In this document: piece by piece, positions 51,701 through 61,857 of the stretch
Position numbering within the stretch: position 1 is the first letter of the stretch
Layout of the letters: each line of letters begins with the position of its first letter
Assembly (NCBI RefSeq): GCF_002571385.2
Contig: NW_019217838.1
Span: 212,286-276,285, forward strand
DNA length: 64,000 nt
From: Stylophora pistillata
Lineage: Eukaryota
Reading direction: 5' to 3'
Made by a program: the position numbers and the translations under genes
The notes under the pieces: model-generated
Database searches by the model: none
What the model saw: the letters and a program-made list of their open reading frames with translations, nothing else
What the model was told of the DNA's origin: nothing

Positions 51701-54700
51701 TAGTCTGCGCAATAATTTTTCACGCAAGACTTGAATTTATTTATACCCAACCAGGGAGGTGCGTGAGCTTTAAAACAATGCCTTCCAAGGACATTAGCAC
51801 TGTGAACTCAAATTGGAAAGCAACAGTCGATATTTCGTGATATAGCGTTACATGGGTGCCGCCGTATGGTCCTTAGTGTAAAAAAGAAAACAGGAAACAA
51901 ACAAAAAGCACCTTTTTTTCATACTGCAGTCGCAGAACAGAATTATGAGACTGCACTGCGTTTGTTATTATCAAGCCAGATCGCTCTACAGGTTAACAGT
52001 ATATCAAACGAAAGAAAGGTGTGTGTTCGGTTGCAATAAGTAATCTAAAGGGTGCCTTGCGAATTTAGTGTATGGTTCGAGTTGATCTAATGCGTGACAT
52101 GCCGCTTGACAACATACTTTTAACTACTTGGTACAAACAAAACACGTATGATCGCGTTCATGTGGATCGTTAAGGACAACGGCATGCTTGAATACCTTAT
52201 TTTCCTCTTCCCAGTCTCTTCTTGGTGCAGACTCGACAGTAGAGTGTTCAACTTTCTCTACGTAGATTTCGTCTTGGATAATTCTGGCGCTGCTGGACTC
52301 ATTCCGGCGGTAGTCCGGTACGCTATCCGTTTCCTTGGATTGAAGAAAAAGACTGTTAGCCAGCTTCAACTTTCTGATTTGTCCACTCCGTACTTTCTCT
52401 TCATACTCATCCTCCACCTCTCTTTCTTGGTCTCCTGCGGAGCGGTCTTCGAAGGGGCTGTCAATAACAGGTGTAGATTCTGACAAAGAGACACTGGATA
52501 CATCTATTTGTTGCTCTTTGGGTTCCATCGATTTCAGGGGTCTTTCTGATTCTTTGTCTGCTTCCTTCATGAACTGAAACAACAGATTTGGATTAATCTT
52601 CCTGACTTCATTTGTGCGCACTTTGGTTTCAAACTCGTCGTCACTTGAATCAAGTTGCTGGTGTGACTCCTCTTCCATAGCCTCTCGTTCCCGCCGTCTC
52701 TTTTCCTCCAGTTTTGCTCTTTCGATTTCTTCCCGTTCCTGTTGTCTTCGTTGCTCTTCTACCTTTCTCCACCCTGGAATATCATCGTTGTCATCACTTT
52801 CCTCCTCATACACGTAGGTGTAAAGCGAAGATGAGAGAGGCTAAAAGTGATGAATGTACTTTAGCTGAAAGATGTTTAGCTATGATCTAGGTGGAGGGCA
52901 TTGGGTTTTTCCGTTTCCAAATCGAAATCGGTTTTTGCTTTTTCCTTTCAAAGTTACATCTTTTGCTGTTGAAAACCCTTTTCACTCCCAAGATCTCATT
53001 AGTAATTACCCTTACTGCCTGTCAGACAATTCTTATAATGTTAGGTTCGAAAATTTGGTATTGTATCATCTAATAATCCCGAAATTGATATTTGTCTTTA
53101 TTTTCATTACAAGTGTTCTTGATATTGTATTGATATTGTAAGGAGAGATTCTGTCTTGGTAACTCATGGGAGTTAAAAAGGTTAGCATCCGCAGCGGTAG
53201 TAGGTTCTTTATTGCAGCATCAGCAAAGCTATCATGCGTTGAAAAGCATTACTGCTAAAGTACCCTTTGGAACCACCCCTCTTTACTAAAACGTGACACC
53301 GAACTCCTATCTGTTTGTGATCTTGCGTGAAAAAGTATCCCTCGATACTTATCCCAAGGGTATCTGGAAGTTTTCCTCATCCCATGTTCGTCCCTTACCA
53401 CCTTAGCACGTTCGCCACATTCAGTAAAATAACTTCGCTCCACCTTTACCATTTCGTCTCAAAAAATCTTTCAACTTGTTTCCCTTCTGCAGAACGTCCC
53501 AAGGTGATTTAATTCTAAGGTTCAGAAAATATCATCACAACATATTATTGAAGCCTTACCTCACTCTCTGTTTTAAATTCACGAACCGGGCTGCAAAGGA
53601 AATAAATCTCAGATTAACTGTGCTCTTTTTCTCTTCAACAGATTATGAAAATAAAATAATGTCGATAGATGTAAAACTTAGAGATCTTATCATCATGAGA
53701 CACAAAATGAAATCTGAAAAGTTGATAATCGGCGTAAAGGATTTATTACATGAGATTTCCATTTGTTGGGTAAAAGATGCAACAACTGATTTCTTTCCGA
53801 TTTCATAGATTAGTTGAAACTGACGTAAACGATTCCTTTTGGTAGTGACAAGGAGTATTTGTTCAACATCATGAGATTATTTTAGTTAGCGATCACTTCT
53901 TTTAATCAGTGATATTGTTAGGAGAAATTAAGCGCTAGACACCCTTTGGGGTATAGAGATTAACGCGCACAGTCTCCTTGCAACATCAATACAATGTTTG
54001 GCACGCAGGAAATGAGCACAAAGATACTTAACAGCAGAGGGTGTTACAATGTGGCAGCAAATTCCCTGAACTGATCAAGAAGAAAACGTAGCGTAGTTGA
54101 AAAGGACAAATATGGGTCACACTATATGTAATTTCTGACGTTTGAGTGACATGGGAACGAATTAGTCAGAAATTAATATTCTGACAGCACGTTGAAGAGG
54201 TTCGCGTGGCATCACGGTAGTTTCGGATTGTTTAAGCATTTCTTGGGAAAATTAAGTCATTCTAGGTCCGTCAGTCTTAGGTTTGACCACTTTCTTTTTT
54301 CTTATTTACTGTAATTTTGTTTTACAACTCTCTGTAAAATATCACTGCTTTCATTGAATTTTCTGTGTGATTAGTAGTGTAACTAGGTTTATTTTAATTA
54401 CCCTTTCCTCGGGGTACAGTGCTGCTGCATTAGATGAGGAATACGTTTCCACGTATATTTTGGCCACTTCTAAAAGAGTGCTTTTTTTTTTAGTGGTTTT
54501 TCGTATCTGGCGTAGCACAGGCTATTTTTGTATTATATTTTCAGTTTCAGTAAATACTTGCAGTACATTGCAGATTCTACAAGGATACAACAAGGCTGGC
54601 TGAATCATCCTAAATAAACTTTCACATTGAATATCTCGCCTGAGTGTTGTCTGAATTTGAAGTTTACCCTCTACACCCTAACATCAGTATGCATATTCTC

Positions 54701-57700
54701 CATACTGTTCAAGTCTCAATACATTTCCTAAGGCGTTGACAAGGAGAATTTGTTTAACGATCAAGAGTTTCGTAAGTTGGTGATCACTTCCTAGATTCTT
54801 GTTACCTTAACAGGTCATTTTGGTTTCTGTTGTAAGAATAAATTAGATTGACAGAGCTGAATAATGAAATGCTACGTCAGTGGGTTGCGGTCATCAAAAT
54901 TTAGCGGCATTTTCCTATTTCCAGAGGTTTTAAGGAGAAAATTAATTTTTGAAAATTATTAGGGGGTGTACCAAGTTTTTGGAGGTTGTTCTGTAAAAGA
55001 AAAGCGGCAAGGAAAACCGCGAAACAACAGAATAGGAAATGATTCATGCGAACGACTCAAAACCCGTGCTTCCGCGGCAAAATCTAGCGCATGCGTGTAC
55101 GCTATTCAGCTCTGTCAATTAGATGCTAGTCACTCTAAAGAGTCAAAGGGTCAGAAAATAACCAAATGTGGCGGTAAAAAAATGTAATGAAGTGATTTTG
55201 CGCCAAGAGCAGTTCTTAAAACCTTAATTTACCTGATGTCTTCCATTTCAGGCTCAGTTTCCTGAACTTTCACTTCAGCTGGCGGGAGAATCTCTTCTTC
55301 ATAGTTAACAAGTGGCTTTTCATACCGCGAGGTATGGGACGCTCCTTGTGTCTTTTTCAGTGCCGGTCTCTCTTCTGCATTCGCAGGTGCTTGTTGAAAC
55401 CCAGCAAACAGAGAAAGATTTAGCTTTTTTGGTTGGAAATTACCCGCTTGCTCCCACTGTTTCTCCTCCTTTGTGAGTAGTGAGTTGTGAACTTCAACGG
55501 TATCGACTCGAGGGACCCTCTCTTCTTCACTTTCGCTTTCGCTGTCACTTCCTTTATCACTCTCGCTTTCACTCTCACTGCTGCTTTTTAAATCATGGCT
55601 TTCCGTCTTGACCTTCCTTGGGACTGGCTGAGGAGCAAAATGTAGAAATTTTAAAGCGTATTTTCACGAGAAATAGACCTGCGCAATATGTCAGAAGGGG
55701 ATATTTTAGCAGTCTCGCTACGAGCATCCTATCCTAGGTGCTCTCATTCCTCGCGTGTTTCCTTCCTTGCGCGTCTTCTATCAGCCTGCTCTTTCCTAGT
55801 CTCGATTCCCACTGGGAAATGCAGTGAAATTGATGTTCAAACTAAACATGTTTTGCTGGTGTGGATGGGGTATCAGTCCGGTTGAGAGCAGTGCAGTGCA
55901 GTGCAGTGCAGTGCAGTGCAGTCCATACTGAGTAGATAGAACTTTAACCTAAAGGTAGTCATTCCTTTTTCCTATAATTTATCGACAGGTTCACCCAGGC
56001 TAAGAAAATACAACATTTACATGACGATGCTATTGCTTTATGAGTTAAAATCTATCGCTTATGAATTAAATACTCAAGCTACCTGGGGCGGACTTGCTCT
56101 GTCTTGACCGTTGCTGAAAAAGAGCAATAACAGGAAATGTCTGTGAGTACTTAAATAAAAATTAATACAAAAAAAAAATCGATCTTAACCAGACAGTAAA
56201 AGGAAGGGTAATTTTAAGAGTTAAGTACTATTGCCTGGTCGCTTTTTATTTAACAGTAATTCGGTCTTTGGTTTGAGTAAAAGAATGCGTGACTTGTCGC
56301 GTGACAAGTGGCGTGACAATCCACCATGTTTTTAAAATGCTAATTTAAAACAACACATCATTATTTCAGAAATCTCCTTGGAATAATTACCACTGCAGTT
56401 TGGTTAAAAATGCCAAAACAGTATTTATAGTAATGATGAATGTTGTGAACATGTAAATATAAGTATTGTGTTTGAATTAAGTCAGCCATACCACAAACAA
56501 CAAATTTAAAACATTTAAAAGATTCTACAAAACATATCAAATAAAGCACTTCGTTATTTATTTGACTAGAATTTATTATCAGTATTTATAGACCCTTCAG
56601 ACCCACGCAAAGCCATTAAAACAATCAAGAGTTCAATGTATGCGACCGCAAGTCTACCTTAGTCGGTGAAAAAGTCATTCAAAGACTCAATTTTGCGAAG
56701 ATTGATCTTAACGCAGCTGTGAAACTTAAAACCACAAATCGACTCAGGAATTCAGGCTTTTAATCCCTTAAACCAACCATCAGTACGTGCCGTTTGAATT
56801 AACCGACAGATCTCCCTCGAATATTGGTAATGAAATTTTCTGTACAAACACACAGAAGATGGCGTTTTACATACTACCTTAACGGTGAAAAAAAAAAAAA
56901 AATCCAGGAAAATTGATAACCTTACTGCAATGGAGGTCAAGCGAGTGGAACGTTAACGGTCCTTGAACGTGATTAAGATACATGATTGTTTGCTCGTTTC
57001 AACTGCAGTCGGTTGTATTTTCATTTAACAGACGGCAAAATTGCCAACGATTTGTAGAGAATCTATTAAAAATTTTCTTACCTTACTTTTCCATCTTCGA
57101 GTTGATTACTCTGACTGTCAATTTTCAATTTCGTTGGCACAAGCGCCGCTTGGTCGTCTTCTGTCTCCCCCTTCATCCAGTCGTATCGACTCCTTCGAGG
57201 CTTTGGTGTCGGTGTTCCTTCGACAGGGGCCGCTTCAGACAAGCTGTGGAACACAGTTTTTTGTAGCCGACCTGGCTGGAATTGTCCAGCGCTCTCCCAT
57301 CGTTGCTCCTCCTCGGTCAAATTTGGGTTGATGTCAGTGTCCGCAGATGTTCGTGTTGTGGTGATAACTTCAACCTCCATGTCTCCTTCGCCGTTCTTCT
57401 CTTCCAACGGATCAAACTGCTCGCCAAAATAAATTGAAACCTGAGTAACAATTAAGTCTGGAAAAATTTAGTTCACTGCTACTCCAAACCTCGATCAATC
57501 TCACGGTATTTTATCAAACGGACCTGTAGACATGCGTGCTATGTAAATTGTCTTGAGAGGCACTCAAGAATTACAATCGGGAGAGTAACTGAGGTGAGAT
57601 CGGTCAAATTTTAACTTGTCTGGTAACGCATTGCATAATTGTGTATCTTAATTCGTCTAAACTTGTCATTTATTTAAATAGACAATAGAGAGACTGCTTA

Positions 57701-60700
57701 TGGAGTCGTTAGACCGTGAAACGGTCCGTTAAGAGATCAAATAAATAATTGTCGTAAAGTTTTCTAAATTTTTCTTAAAAATAACAAAAATCAGAATAAA
57801 CGTGGAAACCCGCAAAGTACCTGTATGAGTATGTATCAAAATCCCGTAATTATAAATTCCTTGTGGGTTCTCGAGAGCATAGGAGAAACAAGTTGAAAAA
57901 TCCGGTTGAAAAAGATGAACTGTGTCGTAGGACATACAAACGCGATGAGAAAAAGGTAAAAAGGTAAAAATGTCTCAAACTTTGACAACACGACCTAGTG
58001 GAGCCATTGCTAAATTAAAACAAGAGATTGGGTTACACAAATACGTGTACCTCTGTAATGGCCTGAGACAATAGTAACATTCATTAGAAAAAAAAAAACT
58101 ATATTTAGGTCAGTAAGTTGGAAAATTTCGAAGAGAGACTTTTATACCACACATCAACATAACGTTATCTTTCACACTCGAAATATAACTAAGTATTCTC
58201 GAAATTTGATGTGCAATTAAAAGCAAGCCACCCCTCAACTCTCTTGTTTTTTTTTTCTTTTTTTAATGATAATCCGTATGAAAATTTGTGTTTGATTGAT
58301 TCTCAGGGGAAAACTGAGCTTCTACCATGATAGGGCCAGTTGTGAATACAGTCCGTTTTTTAAGCTTCAATAATAAGTACTTCAAATATTTTTGTCTTAG
58401 AAATATTGACAACAAAGTTGGATTAATGTTGCGTGTCCGTTATCAAACTTGTATATATGATGGAAATACATTAGCCTTTTTGATAGACACAAGGTGTGAG
58501 ATTCAAATTCTTTCACGGTTGCTATTTGTCAGTCTGTTGTCTTAAGAAAGAAATCGAATTTTAAAAAGTATGCGGACTTTCGTAAAAGTCGGTATAATTT
58601 GTAAAAAATTATCTACGTTGTATTGGTTATGAGTTGTTGATGTCAAATTTCATCTTCAACTTTGACTCTTATTACAAAAGCACCACAAGGTTCCTGCAAC
58701 AATTATTCAACGGCAACAGTACAGTGCGTCCCGAACCGTTTGACAATGATCGACTAGACTGATAGAATGACAATCGACGACTGAATACTATTATTCTTAC
58801 GTCCTTGAAAGGTTTGTTTATTTTAAACAAGTCGAGGCAAATCTAAGCTCAGTTTTAATCCAAAATTGGCCTTATCCCTATGCAGACCGCTGCAACTTCA
58901 GTTATGATGTTTATCAATCAAACAATTTACTTGTACTCACCGACACAGCTTTTTTCTCAAGAGTTACAACTTTGTTGCTTTCTTCAGGCATTTTTTCGTC
59001 TTCGTATTCTTCAAAAGACATCACATTGGTGTGGGGCTCAGAAAATGATTCCCACATATCCAGCAACGAACGTCTCTTTTCCTTGATAGATACATCATGA
59101 TCGTGCCTCTCTTCCTGGCTCTGTTCCTCGCTCCAAGGCTTCACGTCGTTTTCGTACGGTTTTTTCGCCTTGAGCTCTTTCGCTGCCCGTCGTTGGTTTT
59201 CCTCGATTCTTCGCTTCCTTTCCTCGTACTCTCTCTCGCGACGTCTTCGGTCTTCCTCGGCGGAATTACCTGTGCGACCTCTGTTGTCCCATGTCGAAAT
59301 AGGCTCTATGGATGCTGATGACATCCCTGAAGCCTGGTTAACAGAGATTACCGAGATGAGGAACAATAATATACTGTAACACTTCAAGGGCTAGTCGAGA
59401 ACACCACGGATTTGAACGATGTACGATTTGATACTCATTCACTCAATGGTTATGTAGATTAGGTGATACCAATAGAGGGATTAAACATGCATCAAATTTA
59501 GGATGTTATTTTTTTTTAACTAACCGTCGCTAACTGAAATTACTTTTTTATTGGACAAAAGCTAGCCGCCACCCCCCCCCCCTCCCCCCAAATACAAGGT
59601 ATAAATTAAGAATAGCCATTTCTTTCCTTTGTGAACGTGATGAGAAGCTCGGTCTCGCGCCGAACTCACCGCCAAGGTTCCTTCTCCTCTCAAGACTGCC
59701 AGTATTCACTTAGTAGGGTTTTCTCGTGTTTTTTTTCAAACGTTTGGAATGTCAGAATTCTCTTCCCTAATGATAACCATCATCACCCCTTTCGTTTCTA
59801 GTTAAATTAGCCACGAGCTTCGAATAAAAATAAAAAAAAACATGCGTCAGCGAGTGCTGAATAAGCATTTATTTCAGTTCGTTTAAAGGTTGTCCTGTTT
59901 TATCAGACGAAATAAGAGTCTTTTTCCTCCTTGTGCGTTTTGGTCTGTGTTACATTTATATTTTCTTTTCAATCAGCTTCGATTGGTGGGGTCCATTTTA
60001 ACTTTTCTGACCCCACTCACTCTCTTCCCATTCTACACCTACATTTTAAAAGGGAATCAAATTTCGAGCTGAACAGAGATAGGGCGAGATTATTTTTTCT
60101 ATTGTAATGCCTAATGGATCTGTCACCCTCGAAAGTCACTCACCTCGTCAAGGTCTGAAAAGTTCTTAGAGTTAAGCGCGGTCTCAACTTCTCCTTTCTT
60201 AACCACACTGATGGGCGCCTCCATATCAACTAGCTTCGATGGTCTGGGAAATAGCTCTGCTTCAGTGCTGTAAGCCGTCTTCCTAAGCTCTGTTTGCGCA
60301 ACTGGAGATGAGTCCCGCTCAGTACCGTAGGATGGTCCATCGGTGGAGTCGTCCCAGCTCATGAGGTCAACCGAAGTTTCAACCTTTTTCACCTGAGTCA
60401 TGACAATGTCGTCTTCTACTGGTCTTTCTGGTTTCTCGACCTTTTTTAATTGAATCTTGTAACTTTCTTTCTTCGTATCTATTTGGCATTCTTCATTTTT
60501 GACCTCTGTTTTTGGTATTTTTGCGGCATCTGTACCCGTTGAATCCACTTCGCTGTCAGGAGACTTTTTAAAAGTCATCTCCTCGGCTGTCAAGCGTCGT
60601 TTGTTTCGTTCACTGCGAGTTCTCTGCTTCTTGGTACCATCCTCCACTGGACTCTTTGTACCTTCACGAGGACTGACAGCTGAAGAGTCTTTTCCTTCTT

Positions 60701-61789
60701 CCGACGGGCTTCGACCCAACGTGTCTTTAGATTCTATCGATGGCCCTCTCAGAAGCAATCGTTCTCTCCTCTTTTCCATTTCTCTGATCTTCTCCTCCAA
60801 AGAGTCGTCGGATGTTGTTCTCGTGGTCCTCTGTCTAGAGGGGTCACTCCTCTTTCTTTCAACTGATTCTTGCTCGAATATCTTCCGACCCTCTTCAAAC
60901 TTGGCTTTCATTATGTCACCAGCTTTTTTGGGGTCCTCTTCACCTCCAGCATCGTCTTCACGACTTTTTCTCTTCGATTTATCGTCGCCGTTCAATACAA
61001 TAGTCTGTTCAGCACTATACGACTTCACCGGCTCCATCGAGACTGTGATGTCTTCTGACGCTTGGTCAGGCTTAGAAGAGGTATCTTTCTTCTCCGAGGT
61101 TTTCTTTGCTTTCTCGTCTAAGCTAAGACGAAAACGATACTCCACTCTCTCCGTTTTGGTCTCAACCATGGTATTTTCTTTATCGTCATCTGCTGCTATT
61201 TTCCTGTAACAGCCTGTCTCTGGATCATACTCCATCATTTTGCGCCTCTGGCGTCTTGCTTCTAGCTCTTTCTCGCTAATTACACCTGCCATCTCTTCAG
61301 GTTCCCCTTTATCTGTAATTTCCCTTAAAGGTACAGTTTCCTTGGCGGTGGAAGGAATAATAACTTCAGTCCGGTATGTTGTTACTTTATCAAGGCTTGG
61401 CGATATGGAACCTTGCTTTGACCTCTGTGCGTCCAATAGCTTCTCTTCCCGAAGGAGTCTTTCTGCTTCTTGCCGAATGTACTCTCGTTTCTCTTTTTCT
61501 TCCTGAATTCGATCTTCAGCCTGTCGTCGTAACTCTTCTTCCCGCTGTTGCTCCTCTTTGAGTTGAGATGTTGCTTGCTTTTTGAACTCCTCAGCTTTGG
61601 CTTGTTCCTCGAGTAGCCTTTGCTCGGCCTCCCGTCGGATCTCCGCTTGACGCTGTTGGTATTTCTCGAACCTGTCTTCGGCTTCTCGTCGGATTCTTTC
61701 TTCGCGATCCTGGATTTCTTTTATCTTATGTTCGGCTTCTTTTCGTATTTCCTCCTCTCGTCGGACCTGATAGTGGTTCACACGCTCCT
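34745..61789 (-). CDS. Unidentified giant charged repeat protein locus (multi-exon, begins beyond ~61.8 kb; one gene or two related genes)
   Basis: Series of long minus-strand open exons with canonical splice sites and shared peptide motifs: 60144-61789, 58941-59333, 57087-57416, 55233-55627, 52196-52840, 48844-51536, 45625-45873, 42516-42609, 34745-38481. Full exon connectivity is not resolved. Confidence 0.75.
35560..37430 (-). repeat. Coding tandem repeat, 237-bp (79-aa) unit, about 8 copies
   Basis: ctgcattttatctgctgagagcc-type anchor recurs at about 35585, 35822, 36056, 36293, 36530, 36767, 37004 and 37241 (spacing 237, once 234). Confidence 0.95.
38672..39044. mobile_element. Tc1/mariner(pogo)-like MITE
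   Basis: CAGTCAAGCCTGTATTAAGCGG ... CCGCTTCATACAGGTTCGACT inverted ends with internal CCTGTAT-AAGCGG subrepeats. Confidence 0.65.
39211..39244 (+). ncRNA. Minimal type I hammerhead ribozyme-like motif (Penelope-like element associated), slightly degenerate
   Basis: CTGACGA-G-GGGC TAAC GCTC-GAAA-GGTC-AGC: CUGANGA and GAAA core boxes, 4-bp stem II and a GUC triplet. Other copies in the window show GAAACGTC. Confidence 0.55.
39301..39432. repeat. Palindromic element with two tandem-GA motifs
   Basis: TCTGTATGGGAGAATCTTGAC CGAG GTCG..GTACAGAC CGAA CGCAG CGAG GTCTGTAC..CGAC CGAG GTCAAGATTCTCCCATACAGA. Confidence 0.88.
42516..42609 (-). CDS. Candidate small exon I (phase 0 to 1) that would splice in frame to the 3.7-kb exon G
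   Basis: tctcag|ATG CCA... MPLKTVARDKIEDLEDEINTRMLCKTVGNIH, then T|GTAAGA. Its phase matches the phase-1 acceptor at 38481. Confidence 0.4.
43274..43720. mobile_element. MITE with ~60-bp TIRs
   Basis: CGTTAACGACCAGTTCGCTGACGTCTTAGGTCATTTCGCCAAAGTCTCAG vs CTGAGACGTTGGCGAAACGACCTAAGACGTCTGCGAACTGGTTGTCAACG. Confidence 0.75.
45625..45873 (-). CDS. Candidate terminal exon H
   Basis: ttgtag acceptor; SYSPEEKPIPKKLNTSMFAAFEK...RPKSIGN...RPKSIAF*. PKKLNTSMFAAFE matches exon D PKKLNLSLFAGFQ. Confidence 0.65.
   Translation of the reverse strand, partial: SYSPEEKPIPKKLNTSMFAAFEKSNSEPVQLRRAKSEKRARPKSIGNVDLLIWQDDSNLSQPPSAVSRGTSGRQPRPKSIAF
48844..51536 (-). CDS. Exon F (phase 0 to 2), 2.7 kb, with an ER/K single-alpha-helix tract and repeated KL...F motifs
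   Basis: cgccag|CCT acceptor, AG|GTAAAT donor, ORF 48840..51506. Confidence 0.88.
52196..52840 (-). CDS. Exon E (phase 0 to 0), paralogous to the start of exon F
   Basis: ttttag|CCT acceptor, AAG|GTATTC donor, 215 codons; IPGWRKVEE...EFETKVRTNEVRKINPNLLFQFM. Confidence 0.82.
52973..53185. mobile_element. Representative of the abundant ~200-bp TTAACCCTTTAACTCCC-type MITE family (>15 copies in the window)
   Basis: AACCCTTTCACTCCCA...TGGGAGTTAAAAAGGTT ends. Related copies start near 960, 2530, 6470, 8890, 13413, 14565, 15990, 17385, 18345, 21150, 21440, 22040, 23075, 44595, 53840 and 54660. Confidence 0.8.
55233..55627 (-). CDS. Exon D (phase 0 to 2), not in the ORF track
   Basis: cctcag|CCA acceptor, AG|GTAAAT donor. 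Open frame PVPRKVKTESHDLKSSSESESESDK...LTKEEKQWEQAGNFQPKKLNLSLFAGFQQ is homologous to exon C. Confidence 0.8.
55888..55922. repeat. (GCAGT)n pentanucleotide microsatellite
   Basis: Direct reading, 7 units. Confidence 0.9.
57087..57416 (-). CDS. Exon C (phase 0 to 0)
   Basis: gcag|TTT acceptor, AAA|GTAAGG donor; contains LTEEEQRWESAGQFQPGRL. Confidence 0.8.
58941..59333 (-). CDS. Exon B (phase 0 to 0)
   Basis: aaccag|GCT acceptor, TCG|GTGAGT donor, 131 codons with an ER-rich helix and KRRSLLDMWES. Confidence 0.8.
60144..61789 (-). CDS. Exon A of the charged repeat protein (phase 1 to 0), with 18-residue helical repeats
   Basis: tttcag acceptor, GAG|GTGAGT donor, open E/K/R-rich frame (ORF 60123..61781). 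Confidence 0.85.
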
Positions 61790-61793
61790 CTGA

Positions 61794-61805
61794 AATAAAT
61801 AAATA

Positions 61806-61854
<49 letters not shown>

Positions 61855-61857
61855 ATA
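61794..61857. repeat. (AAAT)n/(AAT)n microsatellite abutting the exon A acceptor
   Basis: Direct reading. Confidence 0.9.

Noticed and set aside
54402-54521. Possible 120-nt phase 0-0 exon (PVLRQIRKTT...YPEER) of the repeat protein
   Set aside because: The acceptor pyrimidine tract is poor, it shares no convincing motif with the other exons, and as read it does not resolve the exon D phase mismatch. A homopolymer error in the 10-T run cannot be excluded.
60499-61209. 236-aa plus-strand ORF, and similar S/F/L-rich plus-strand ORFs over 49-52 kb and 59 kb
   Set aside because: These are antisense shadows of E/K/R-rich minus-strand exons, with no independent splice or homology support.
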